A stretch of DNA of 64,000 nt from Octopus vulgaris. Its lineage: Eukaryota. Made by a program: the position numbers and the translations under genes. Within the stretch, counting starts at the first letter, position 1. Every line of letters starts with the position of its first letter. The stretch covers positions 15,934,001-15,998,000 of the forward strand of contig OX597827.1 in assembly GCA_951406725.2 (NCBI GenBank). Reading direction: 5' to 3'. Of the stretch, positions 28,001 through 37,742 are shown piece by piece. Below the pieces are notes generated by a model, which had not been told where the DNA came from, did no database searches, and was given only the letters and a program-made list of their open reading frames with translations.

Positions 28001-30782
28001 GTGAGTAGACCTATTTAATTTAAAGCTCTTATTTTCAGTGTCTGATGTTCCCCTTCATAGTCAAAGTCTGTTGTGTGATACTGATATCCCAGATCTTTTA
28101 TTGTTTACAGGAACTGATCGTGGTCCCCCTGGCTTTTCTCGTCCAGATGGATCTTCACCACGGAATTGGCGATCAGGTGGTGGTGGTGGTGGTCCCAGTG
28201 GCGGTGGTGGTAGCAGCAGTGGTGGTGGTGGTGGTGGAGGTATGTAAATTGTATATACTTTACAACTTATTTTGATTGCTTGGTAGTGTGTTAGAAATCG
28301 GTTTCATTGAGCTGGGCGAAATGTGTAGCCGTATTTCGTCTGCCGTTACGTTCTGAGCTCAATATCTGCCGAGGTCGACTTTGCCTTTCATCCTTTCGGG
28401 GTCGATAAATTAAGCGCCAGTTACGCACTGGGGTCGATGTAATCGACTTAATCCGTTTGTCTGTCCTTGTTTGGACCCTCTGTGTTTGGCCCCTTGTAGG
28501 TAGTAAAGAAATATATATTACTGTTATCAATTCTCTCTAGTTGTTGATGGTGAGGGCAGTGTGAGAAAATGTTTTTGTAAATCTGATATACACTTCATCA
28601 GATCAGTATGTGGTTGGCTAAGTTCGTATTCTATTTCATATGCTACTTATCAATGTCCAGGTTACCTAACTTTTACAATATTCACCAGGTGCAGGAGTGG
28701 CTGTGTGGTAAGTAGCTTGCTAACCAACCACATGGTTCCGGGTTCAGTCCCACTGCGTGGCATCTTGGGCAAGTGTCTTCTGCTATAGCCCCGGGGCCGA
28801 CCAATGCCTTGTGAGTGGATTTGGTAGACGGAAACTGAAAGAAGCCTGTCGTATATGTGTATATATATATATGTGTGTGTTTGTCCCCCTAGCATTGCTT
28901 GACAACTGATGCTGGTGTGTTTACGTCCCTGTCACTTAGCGGTTGGGCAAAAGAAACCGATAGAATAAGCACTGGGCTTACAAAGAATAAGTCCCGGGGT
29001 CGATTTGCTTGACTAAAGGCGGTGCTCCAGCATGGCCGCAGTCAAAATGACTGAAACAAGTAAAAGAGTAAGAGAGTCAAATAGTTATTTATATTTCCTG
29101 GTTATCTTTGATCCAGCTTTCTTGGGATCAAATCTAGTTAATGAGAATTGTGTCTTTTATTCTACTGTCGTTCCCCTTTTTTATTTTTTATTTTTTTGTA
29201 ACTTGATGCGGTGTAATTTTGAAAGGTATTTGGCTATTTTTAGTAGGTTGAACTTAATACTTAGAGAAGATTGGCAGTTAGCACAGGATGTCATAGTTGT
29301 GGTTTACAGTGATTGCGGTGTAAATTAGATAATTTAGGTAACAAACCTTCACGTTATCTAATGACAACAGAAGATGCTGCTCTGACCTCGTGTGTCAAAT
29401 CAGAGCAAGGCCTGAAAATGAGGAAGAAGCTTTAACCCTTTAGCAATTAAACTGGCCATATCCGGCCAAAAGTATTCTGCCTGTGCTATGTTCAAACTGG
29501 CCAGATCTGGTCTCTCACACCAACCCTACAATATCGTTTTAAAAATTAACAGCTACCTCATCAAAATCTCATAGCTACAAGATAATGCATGATTAGTTCA
29601 AAACAATTTGGATAAAAAAGCATTAATTTTGGCAAAATAATGCGAACACTAAAGGGTTAATGGAATATTCTGAGCAACCAAACTCATTTCTGTCGTGCAA
29701 ATGTTTGCCTGTATACAATTGTGAATGCTGGAATATAAATGTTTTTATTTTGCAGAATTCTTTAGAAGAGTGCTACACTAGAGTGTTACATACAATACTT
29801 AACCCTTTTGATGCCAAACTGTCTGAGATTGTACTTGGACTAACATACAAGTTTACTGTTTTGAAGTGATGTAAATTAAAAACTTCCTTCAACATTTAAT
29901 TGACTTGACTTGACAGCATTCACCCGGGGTGGGTTGAGCTGGCTCCAAACAACTTAATGACGGTTATTTTACAAAATTATGTGAATTAAAGGCTATGTAT
30001 TTCAACAAAAATTTAGTAAAAGGGTTAACATTAAACAGAATAAGTACATAAGCACTAAGTATCTGTTATTGTGGAGGCACATGGCCTAGTGGCTAGAGCA
30101 GCGGACTCACGGTCGAGGGATCGTGGGTTCGGATCTCAGACCGGGCAATGTGTGTGTTTATGAGCGAAGCACCTAAGCTCCACCTGGTTCCGGCAGAAGG
30201 TAATGGCGAAACATCTGCTGACACTTTCGCAACAACTTTCCCTCACTCTTTCCTCCTGTGACGCACCGGCATCCCATCCAGGTGGGGAAGCTTTGAGCCA
30301 GTCTGTTATAGGTGACACCAGGGTTGAATGGAAGAACAGAGTAGTGAATGTGAAAGACTGGCTGGAGTCACTGGGAGCTCGCAAGCTAGCAAGTTGGAAG
30401 GGGGATTAACTAATCTGGCTTGAGGTAGCATTGTAGTATTTGTCTGAGGAATACTGCAGTTTATTTTAACTGTTATAACCTTGGTTTCATCATCATCATT
30501 GGTTAACATCTGCTTTCCATGCTGGCATAGAACTGGCCAAACTGCTGTGGCATTGTTTCTATGGCTGGTTGCCCTTCCTAACAGTTTATTTAAAGATTTT
30601 TTTTCAACTAGATATAAGACTAACATTTGAAGTGGGTGAGAAGAAAGTAATTAGTTAATTACCAGCAACTGTATATTACTAGTATAATTCAAGGTTTTTT
30701 TATTGATTTAAAAAAATTTTTTTTTTTTTTATTTTTAGGCCGTGCAGAGGACGATGATGGCTGGACTACAGTTCGATACTAG
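1760..30782 (+). CDS. EIF3A: Eukaryotic translation initiation factor 3 subunit A, 5'-partial spliced gene, 19 coding exons in window
   Basis: Exons join in frame at GT-AG boundaries and translate to eIF3a motifs: [90 protein letters not shown], an RD/GPR-rich tail and C-terminal [10 protein letters not shown]. Confidence 0.97.
3113..3171 (+). CDS. EIF3A: eIF3a exon
   Basis: ccag|CT TTC...GAC AAT|gtaagt; [20 protein letters not shown]. Confidence 0.93.
3621..4013 (+). mobile_element. Abundant ~400-bp SINE-like element with internal (TA)n(TG)n; ~19 copies (e.g. 18795-19080-, 19496-19890+, 21287-21665+, 26595-26988-, 28687-29070+, 33210-33607-, 37458-37897-, 38584-38972+, 41385-41785+, 46416-46810-, 50325-50648+, 53231-53640+, 57877-58279-, 58999-59420+, 62520-62905+, 63374-63767+)
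   Basis: Recurrent GGCGCAGGAGTGGCTGTGTGGTAAG...GGTTCAGTCCC tRNA-like head and ...TGACTGAAACAAGTAAAAGAG tail; boundaries approximate. Confidence 0.85.
4680..5029 (+). CDS. EIF3A: eIF3a exon
   Basis: gtag|CTT CGC...CAA AG|gtaaaa; LRTHLMQ...[14 protein letters not shown]...NLSQEELQR. Confidence 0.95.
5139..5310 (+). CDS. EIF3A: eIF3a exon
   Basis: gtag|A ATG GCA...GAT TTG|gtatgt; [16 protein letters not shown]...[10 protein letters not shown]...IKDL. Confidence 0.95.
5870..6904 (-). mobile_element. Degenerate RTE-like LINE reverse transcriptase fragment
   Basis: [16 protein letters not shown]...[12 protein letters not shown]...VGVHQG; frameshifted; downstream [13 protein letters not shown] zinc-finger-like motif. 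Confidence 0.85.
7361..7552 (+). CDS. EIF3A: eIF3a exon (PCI domain)
   Basis: tcag|GTG AAA...AAG CAG|gtcagt; [29 protein letters not shown]...RVLKQ. Confidence 0.95.
8451..8567 (+). CDS. EIF3A: eIF3a exon (PCI domain)
   Basis: gcag|GTA TCT...CTT CAG|gtgagt; [39 protein letters not shown]. Confidence 0.95.
10328..10712 (+). mobile_element. tRNA(Arg)-like-headed SINE; related copies ~8844-9135+, 17713-18004-, 30071-30290+
   Basis: GGCGCAATGGCCCAGTGGTTAGGGCAGCGGACTCGCGGTC...GGTTTCGATTCCC head repeated in window. Confidence 0.75.
10869..11054 (+). CDS. EIF3A: eIF3a exon
   Basis: ttag|GTG AGA...ACT GAA|gtgagt; [13 protein letters not shown]...[16 protein letters not shown]. Confidence 0.95.
11437..11574 (+). 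CDS. EIF3A: eIF3a exon
   Basis: gtag|ACT GAC...CAG AGG|gtgagt; [26 protein letters not shown]. Confidence 0.93.
12105..12960 (-). mobile_element. RTE-type LINE 3' fragment with (GAT)n-tailed 3' UTR; the UTR also occurs alone in ~10 SINE-like copies (938-1066, 4151-4331, 4333-4537, 15780-16050, 37981-38166, 39815-40232, 45138-45355, 52726-53110, 54271-54618, 62954-63180)
   Basis: ORF 12583-12933 EASMLRWMS...[12 protein letters not shown]...[10 protein letters not shown] is a typical RTE C-terminus. Confidence 0.85.
13210..13419 (+). CDS. EIF3A: eIF3a exon (coiled-coil region)
   Basis: ttag|GAA CGA...GAA GAA|gtaagt; [10 protein letters not shown]...[14 protein letters not shown]. Confidence 0.93.
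13471..14231. mobile_element. Non-autonomous Merlin-like DNA transposon containing a ~370-bp (TA/TATG)n microsatellite
   Basis: ~53-bp TIRs beginning GGAAC/GGCAC; 8-bp TSD CTGACTTC at 13463-13470 and 14232-14239. Confidence 0.75.
14347..14451 (+). CDS. EIF3A: eIF3a exon
   Basis: ttag|GAC TTT...AAG AAG|gtttgt; [35 protein letters not shown]. Confidence 0.94.
14971..15084 (+). CDS. EIF3A: eIF3a exon
   Basis: gcag|GTC GAC...GGA AGG|gtaagc; [16 protein letters not shown]...FWEEQEKGR. Confidence 0.94.
15264..15386 (+). CDS. EIF3A: eIF3a exon
   Basis: acag|ATT GAA...TTT AAC|gtgagt; [25 protein letters not shown]...ARKSDFN. Confidence 0.92.
16555..17692 (-). mobile_element. Degenerate Tc1/mariner-type transposon
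   Basis: ORF 17039-17476 with WQRDSAPCH and HYYVW motifs; TA-flanked imperfect TIRs. Confidence 0.75.
16590..16945 (+). mobile_element. Non-autonomous Helitron nested in the Tc1/mariner fossil
   Basis: 5' TC, 3' CTAG, subterminal hairpin CCCGAGCAACGCCGGG, inserted between A and T with no TSD. Confidence 0.75.
19129..19282 (+). CDS. EIF3A: eIF3a exon
   Basis: acag|GAC AGA...AAA G|gtaaga; DRLKKFE...[17 protein letters not shown]. Confidence 0.93.
20482..20706. repeat. Near-perfect ~95-bp-arm inverted repeat (foldback insertion)
   Basis: 20482-20576 is the reverse complement of ~20612-20706 with about one mismatch. Confidence 0.9.
21746..21902 (+). CDS. EIF3A: eIF3a exon
   Basis: tcag|AA ACG...CAG CT|gtaagt; EEREEAER...[16 protein letters not shown]. 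Confidence 0.92.
21979..24595. repeat. ~710-740-bp direct duplication (21979-22721 and 23886-24595) flanking the piggyBac-like element
   Basis: Near-identical sequence, including identical spurious ORFs at 22353 and 24227. Confidence 0.9.
22722..23885. mobile_element. piggyBac-like non-autonomous element; related copy ~2074-3005; shorter TTAA|CCCT...AGGG|TTAA MITEs at ~14555-14791, 15488-15714, 18511-18740, 25490-25715, 29432-29660, 29799-30027, 36361-36588, 49857-50180
   Basis: TIRs CCCTTTCGTTACTAT/ATAGTAACGAAAGGG flanked by TTAA and TTGA. Confidence 0.8.
25729..25812 (+). ncRNA. Variant hammerhead-like motif with long stem II in eIF3a intron
   Basis: cttgtg-CCGATGA-cggg...ccca-GAAA-tgcgtt-cacaag; stem I cttgtg/cacaag is perfect. 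Confidence 0.5.
26044..26238 (+). CDS. EIF3A: eIF3a exon (CAGTAG tandem acceptor; alternative start 26047)
   Basis: cag|T AGA GAA...TCT AC|gtaagt; phase-consistent; [14 protein letters not shown]. Confidence 0.85.
27068..27337 (+). CDS. EIF3A: eIF3a exon (low-complexity C-terminal region)
   Basis: tcag|C AAA GAA...GAC AG|gtaagt; open, phase 2-2, D..WR motifs. Confidence 0.85.
27429..28000 (+). CDS. EIF3A: eIF3a exon (RD/GPR repeat region)
   Basis: ttag|A TTC CGT...CGA G|gtgagt; [13 protein letters not shown] repeats resembling the metazoan eIF3a C-terminal repeat region. Confidence 0.9.
28111..28239 (+). CDS. EIF3A: eIF3a Gly-rich exon
   Basis: acag|GA ACT GAT...GGA G|gtatgt; phase 1-1; [24 protein letters not shown]. 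Confidence 0.82.
30739..30782 (+). CDS. EIF3A: eIF3a last coding exon
   Basis: long polypyrimidine tract, tttag|GC CGT GCA GAG GAC GAT GAT GGC TGG ACT ACA GTT CGA TAC TAG = [13 protein letters not shown], matching the conserved eIF3a C-terminal DGWTTVR. Confidence 0.93.
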
Positions 30783-31425
30783 TATTTGCTGCCAACACTG
30801 ATATTAACTCATTGATGATATAACAAATAGGGATTTACTATCCCCAACACCGCTGCCATATTATTATTATTACTACTACAGCCCTTTAACAGAAGGTGGC
30901 CTGTGGACAAGAGTCGGATGCACATAAAACCAAAACTGAATCTTATAATTATTACAACTACTGCTACAGTTTTTTTGTCCCCCCCCCCCTTTTTAACTTC
31001 TAATTTACAAATTTTAATTTCAGAATTTCTCTCCCCAACTTCCTGTATAAGGAGGTAAAACATCAAGGACAATGCCCAGTCTATTTGACGGTCAATTTGA
31101 TCTGTCAACAACCTGCTGTATACCTTCTCTACTTCCTCCTATCAGCTGAATATTAACCCTGCTTCTCTCAGATTGCCAGGTTTCCCCAAATACAATAAAT
31201 ATAATAATAATAAATAAATCCTTTTTTTTTTTTTTTTTTTAAATATATTTAAATATATCTATCAATTGTGCTAATTTCCAAAATAACAAAACTTTTCTTG
31301 TTATAACATATATATATACATGCGCACACATACACGCAAACAGGTGCACACATACGTATATTTGGGGCTCTTGTATTTTTCTGTTACCCTTTGATTTTAA
31401 ATGTGTTTAAATGTATAAACAATTC

Positions 31426-31431
31426 AATAAA
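31426..31431 (+). terminator. Candidate eIF3a polyadenylation signal (another AATAAA at 31194-31199)
   Basis: AATAAA ~650 nt after the stop codon, followed by T-rich sequence. Confidence 0.4.
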
Positions 31432-31729
31432 ACTGAAACTTTGGAAAAATTTAATTTATTTCATGAGAGGGATTCTGAAAGTGGATGCTTTATGCATCTC
31501 TTTATTACATTTCACTCAATTTGACGTGACAATATTTGAAAGAAATTGTAACCGAACTCTTCATGTACTACTTTATATTTGGTGATTATCAAAGTTTAGT
31601 TTTTTGAAGTTCCTTAGCATCCTTACTTGTCAGCATTATCATTTAATCATTATTTAGTCACTCCCCCTACACATACAAGTAGTTCATATTTGAAATAATA
31701 GGTGATACAGGTGTACTGGGAGGAACTGG

Positions 31730-32408
31730 GGCATGAGGTTGAGAGTTTCAAATACCTTGGCGCCATCATTACAGCTACAGGTCAAGGTGAGGCTGACATT
31801 AAAACACAAATCGACCTCGCTCGCCAAGCCTTCAACCGACTCAGGTCAAGATCTGAGATCCGACGCACCACCAAAGTACGGATCTACCAAGCACTAGTGC
31901 GGACGATTCTCCTTTACGGCAGCGGGTTGTGGCCAATGAGGGTGGAAGATATTAAGCAACTAGAATCTTTCGACCACCTCTGTCTACGCCGCATCCTTCG
32001 TATCCGATGGCATCACTTTGTCTCCAACAATTTGGTGAGACACCAGTGCAGAATCACCTCCCTCCGACAAGTCATCCTAACGAGACGTCTGCGTTGGCTG
32101 GGTCATGCCCTCTGTCATCAACCAGGAGAGTTCATCTACAAAGCAATTGCCCCAGCTCCCCTTCAAGGTTGGCGAAAGCAATATGGTGGACAACGAAAAA
32201 CCTGGCTGATGACAGTCAAGGCTGATATGGAACCCAACCTAGGCCCCCATATCTACGGTGTTCGCTGCTGGAATAAGGAGTGGTTGGAGATCACGTGGTC
32301 ATTAGCCTCAAATCGCCAGGCTTGGTCGGCGTTTGTGAGAGATGCAGCATTGAGGATGGATGAAGCCAGCTCAACCCACCCTGGGTGAATGCTGTCTCGA
32401 GTCAAGTC
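31730..32408 (+). mobile_element. 5'-truncated RTE-type LINE ORF2 C-terminus
   Basis: VESFKYLG...ARQAFNRL...TKVRIYQALVRTILLYG...RRLRWLGH; short TCAAG repeat tail. Confidence 0.85.
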
Positions 32409-33396
32409 ATGAGCCATTTTGAGATTGCTGATTTGGTGCTCTGTTTATGCATGAATGTATTTCTCTGGGTATGAGAAGAGGAAAACAGCTGGTTAGAAAG
32501 ATCATGCTGCAGCCTTATGTGCCTCAGGGCACATACAGAACTGACCAACGGGCATTCACACCAGCTCCAAAATTCTACTCGTAAGTACATTCATTCATTT
32601 TGCCGTTGCTGACTTAAATATTCTAGACCCTGAGTTAGAGCATAAAGCATTTTTTAAAGCCTTCTTTGAACCTAAAAGCATACTTACCTTGCTTTGCTTG
32701 TCATTTCAATATCAGCATCAAAATATGGCCATCACACATAGCATTGTGCAAAACCCCTTCATAATATGGATCTAGTGGAGTTCTTGCACCATCCTCAACC
32801 TCAATTTTGGAGGGATGACAAGGGTAACTTTTGCACAGTATTGCACCATCTTCCCAATTCTTACTTGTCTAATTCTGCAATTGCAGTGTCTCTCTGGCCT
32901 TTCATAAAACTTACCCAGAATAGAATCCTTTCAAATTTCACAATGTGCTTCGGTTGTTTTCAAGTGGAACTAATCTAAATTCATTATCTGAAATCTATTT
33001 ACTAAACTTGAACAATCCTCCACTTAGTCATTTCTTATTAAATGTCTAAGTGGTATTACCATTGGAGGACCTAATACTGTATTCTAATTTACAGTTAAAA
33101 GCAGCCAGGGATGGTGCCTAAAAGGGCCGATTGACATGTTTTCAGCACTCAATCTTAGGAGTGGTTTGTGATCAGTGTAGAATGAAAAAATAAATACAAT
33201 ACGGATACACTTTTTACTTGTTTCAGTCATTTGACTGTGGCCATGCTGGAGCACCACCTTTTTAGTCGATCAAATCGACCCCAGGATTTATTCTTTGTAA
33301 GCCTAGTACTTATTCTATCGGTCTCTTTTGCCGAACTGCTAAGTTACGGGGACGTAAACACCAGCATTGGTTGTCAAGCGATGTTGGGGGGGACAA

Positions 33397-33439
<43 letters not shown>

Positions 33440-34699
33440 AATACAACGGGCTTCTTTCAGTTTCTGTCTACCAAATCCACTCACAAGGCTTTGGTCGGCC
33501 CGAGGCTATAAGAGAAGACACTTGCCCAAGGTGCTACGCAGTGGGACTGAACCCGGAAGCATGTGGTTGGTAAGCAAGCTACTTACCACACAGCCACTCC
33601 TACGCCTATTGAAATTTTTTGTGGCAATTTCAAACACTAGCCTTTACTTTTCAATGTGGGTGTAATTTTTCTTTGCGACTGAAAATCCATGTGGACTGTA
33701 ACCCTGGCTTTTCACTCTCATTATCATTTTTATGGGCCACTACTGCTATTTTGCTTTGAGAAACATCTACATGCAGTAGAATCAGTTTCAAACAGTCAGT
33801 GTCAACAAAGGCATAGAATGTAGTTTCTTAGTATCTTGGTAAAACTATTTCTGGTCTGCATTCCATAGCGGAACTTTCACCTTTTTTAATGATTGATGTG
33901 GGTGCTCAAAGTTCCATAAACAATAATTATAATCTTTACTTTACGTATCTTGGATAAGAACCTTTTATATCCTCTTGAATTAGATGAAACAAAATTCTCC
34001 CAGAAGCAACAATGTGGGCCACGGGCATTTCACCGTTTTTGCAGCTTGTCAGTGCTGTGCATTTGAGTTAACTCAAAGACGGTCATCTTGAATATAGAAT
34101 CAGTGAACATGCATTTCACTGACTTTCCATGCAGGCTTTAGACTGAATAAAATTCAAATTAGGTGAGAGCATAATTTGGATAATTATTATTATTCCAAGT
34201 CCCGTAATAAGGTTTCAACTCTAATATTCTTGAATTGCAACACTTTTCTCTGGAAGACTTGAAAGGAGAATGCAATTAGTTGAATATCAACAACAACAGA
34301 ACATATTCTGATAATTTTTATTCATCGTGAATGGATGAAATGGAACAAACAAAAAAAAAAAAAAGTCATGATAACAAAACATTGTTTATAGATTTATCAC
34401 ATGGGTTTCTTTTTGGTGAGGTTATAGAATTCATGGTTTACCAAAACTATCAGGAGCATAAGCAAAATGTATTGACTAAACCTTGGGAATTGAAACCATA
34501 TTTGCAGGCTCTGTTCAAAGGAAATTTTAGTTGTCCTCCTACAATACACAACTCAGGATCCTAAAACGTAACCCAGCAGGTATTTTGTTATTGGGACATT
34601 TTTACCTGATTTGAAGGTTTTTTTGATATGCTAAATCCAAAAATGGAATCCATTTTTTAACATCATGTCTAGATTTCAAGATAGCCAAATCCTGAACTT

Positions 34700-35430
34700 C
34701 AATTTTCTCCTTTGAGCAACAAACTGGATACACCAGAAAAAGAAAAAAAAAACATTTGGTGATCAAAGAATGGCCACAATGAACCATAATTCCAGGGTCT
34801 TTTAATGTGGTTGAACAGCCTTTAGTGCAACTGGGGGGGGGAGAAAAATCATCCTGTGTCCACTCCCTCCTTGAGCAACAAACTGGATACACCAGAAAAA
34901 GAAGAAAAAAAACATTTGGTGATCAAAGAATGGCCACAATGAACCATAATTCCAGGGTCTTTTAATGTGGTTGAACAGCCTTTAGTGCAACTAGGGGGAA
35001 AAAAAAGTCATCCTGTGTCCACTCCATATCAAACTTGGCATTATGAAGCAGTTTGTTACAGCTCTGGATAAAGATGAACCATGCTTTCACTAAATCAGCA
35101 GCACATTGCCTGGTTTGAGTAGCGAAAAGATAAAGGTTGGAGTATTTTATGGGCCTCAAATCAGAAAACTGATAAAAGATAGTAACTTTGTAAACTCAAT
35201 GAATTGCATTGAAGCATGGAATTCTTTTGCAATAGTTGTCAACAACATGGTTGGAGAACTTTCAAAAGTTGGGGGTGAATATGAGCATAAAGGTGTACTC
35301 TCTACAATTGCCTCGTTAAATTCCCTGAAAATCTTGATGATAAGCAGGGAGAACATTTTCATTAGGACATAAAATCTACGGAAAAAAAACAGGTATCAAG
35401 GCAGATGGGGCTTGCATATTATGGCTGGAA
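34700..35430 (+). mobile_element. Decayed DNA-transposase fragment (probably CMC/Chapaev3-like) with a ~160-bp tandem duplication
   Basis: PLHIKLGIMKQFVTALDK, LSSEKIKVGVFYGPQIRKLIKD, FPENL..QGEHFH.DI, RYQGRW remnants in shifting frames; superfamily assignment from memory. Confidence 0.6.
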
Positions 35431-35565
35431 CTTGGCTCATGAACTTCCTGAGGTTCAGCACTCAAAAAAAAATTCATCCAAATACAAATTCATGAGAAAT
35501 TAGGCAATGACAATGATGTAATTTGTTTGCTAGTTTTTCAGTAGAATTTAAAGAAAACATTCTGG

Positions 35566-35938
35566 GGGTCTTTTCGGTTTGAACGGCAGTTTTTAACATA
35601 ATTTCTAGGTAACTAAAAAATTTAAAACTTTGTATACTGGTAGAATGTGTTTATAAAACATCTTTTTCTCTTGGCTTTATTGAGAAAATTTTATAGTTTG
35701 TAAGATATTTGTTGTTTTTTTTCTTCAATTTCAACCAATCACTGACGTCTATTGAGGTAAAAAAAAAACATTCTGTGCTGTATGAATATGTCCCTCATTT
35801 AAGAAACAGATTGGGTTTATTTACATTTGTGAAGAAAAAAAAGATACCCTAACCTAGATTGATACTAGGGTCATAATTATGGGTGATAATAACATATGAC
35901 AGCGCTAGAAGAAACTGCCGTTCAAACCGAAAAGATCC
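35566..35938. mobile_element. GGATC-TIR MITE (Merlin-like, 8-bp TSD)
   Basis: TIR GGATCTTTTCGGTTTGAACGGCAG; TSD CATTCTGG. Confidence 0.8.
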
Positions 35939-37113
35939 CATTCTGGTTGTGAAGAAAAACCAATTTCTGTGTGTGTGTTATGCCTGGTTCCTTATATGCT
36001 GTTTTATCAAAAAAGAACCATGAAATTCTATGGATCCAATATCTTAAAATGTTGACATGGTAATAAATGGATGTCATTTTCAGATTGTGTGTGTGTGTCA
36101 AAAAATCTTGGCCTGTGTAATTATTGGCTGATGCACCACATATTTAAATCATGATGACGTCCTGTAGTTTGTGCTCCTCCATTGACTTCAGTAAAGAAGA
36201 TTTTTCACATTGGGAATTAAAAGGGCCACAAATTAAGAAAACGGGGTAAAAGGCACAAACTGCATGACATCATAATAATTGTTGGATTAAATCCCAAATG
36301 AAAAGAAAATGTTTAGCTGATTCATTCAGCTTCCATATATTTACTGGCCCTTGTTTTATTTAACTCTTTCGTTACCAACCCGGCTGAAACCGGCTCTGGC
36401 TCTTTAGTACAAATGTCTGGTTTTCAAAAGTTCTGAATTAAAATCTTCCACCAAACCTTAGTCACAATTTATGTCCCTAACTCTAGCTTAATTATAATGA
36501 TGTTATTTTACTTAATTCTTTGTTATATTTAACATAATTGGAAGAAACACTGAGCATCTCAAAATAAATTCAGTAACGAAAGGGTTAAATCTCTTGAGCG
36601 CTGATGGACAGTGTCAACCCTCAACAGGATTTTAGGGTCAAGCTGTGCATAGGAACAAAACTAAAGTTTCTTTCATCCCTGTGTTCTAATCAACCTCCCA
36701 ACTGCAATCCGTAGAAAGTGAAATGAAACCCTAACAAAGATTTTGAATTTTGTGTTCTAAAACTAAATTAAGGAAGGATTGGGGGCGGAAAAAAGTACAA
36801 ATTGTAGAGTAGAGTACATTGGACTGAATGAACTTCATTGCATTCCAGGTACCTTTTCAACTGATTCCTTCCTTCCCCTGCTCTCTGGAAGAATGAAAGA
36901 CAAAGTGATGCCAGGGAGAGATTTGAATTTGGATCATGAAGGGATATAACAAAAAGGCATTTTTTGTCTGGCACTTTTACCATTTTTATATTCCAATACA
37001 AAAAAGCCCTACAAAAAAATGTTGGGAAGGGGGTGGATCCAAATGTAAGACAGAAGTCTATATACAGATGAAATGTGGGAAGGAAAATGGAGAGGGAGGC
37101 TCCCTATGAAATA

Positions 37114-37358
37114 TCACAGTTTTCTCTTTTTCCGTTTGGGTGAACAAACATCTTTAGGAGCACGCTTTGTATTACCCTCATCATCACTATCATCATCATC
37201 ATCGTCGTCGTCACTGTTATCAGAAGAGGAACTGTCTTCAGCAGAGCTACCTTCATCCAGCAGATCTGTATCTGTGGCCTTTGCAATCCAAGCATTCTTT
37301 TCTTCCACGTCATCCAGCTTCATCACACTAACCATGGAACGACCAGATTTCCTGGCAG
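37114..37358 (-). CDS. RPP30: RPP30 last coding exon, Ser/Asp-rich tail and basic NLS-like end
   Basis: acag|CT GCC AGG AAA...PKRKKRKL*. Confidence 0.88.
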
Positions 37359-37679
37359 CTGTGTAAGGGTTGAGAGGTAGGATAAAAAAAAATAAATAAA
37401 AAGAGAAGGAAGAAGAAAAAAATTAAAACAATACACAATTCTAACCCTAACTGTATTACTCTTTACTCTTTTACTTGTTTCAGTCACTTGACTGCAGCCA
37501 TGCTGGAGCACCGCCTTTAATCGAGCAACTCGACCCCGGGACTTATTCTTTTGTAAGCCCAGTACTTATTCTATCGGTCTCTTTTTGCCGAACCGCTAAG
37601 TGACGGGGATGTAAACACACCAGCATCAGTTGTCAAACAATGCTAGGGGGACAAACACAGACACACAAACACACACACG

Positions 37680-37742
<63 letters not shown>

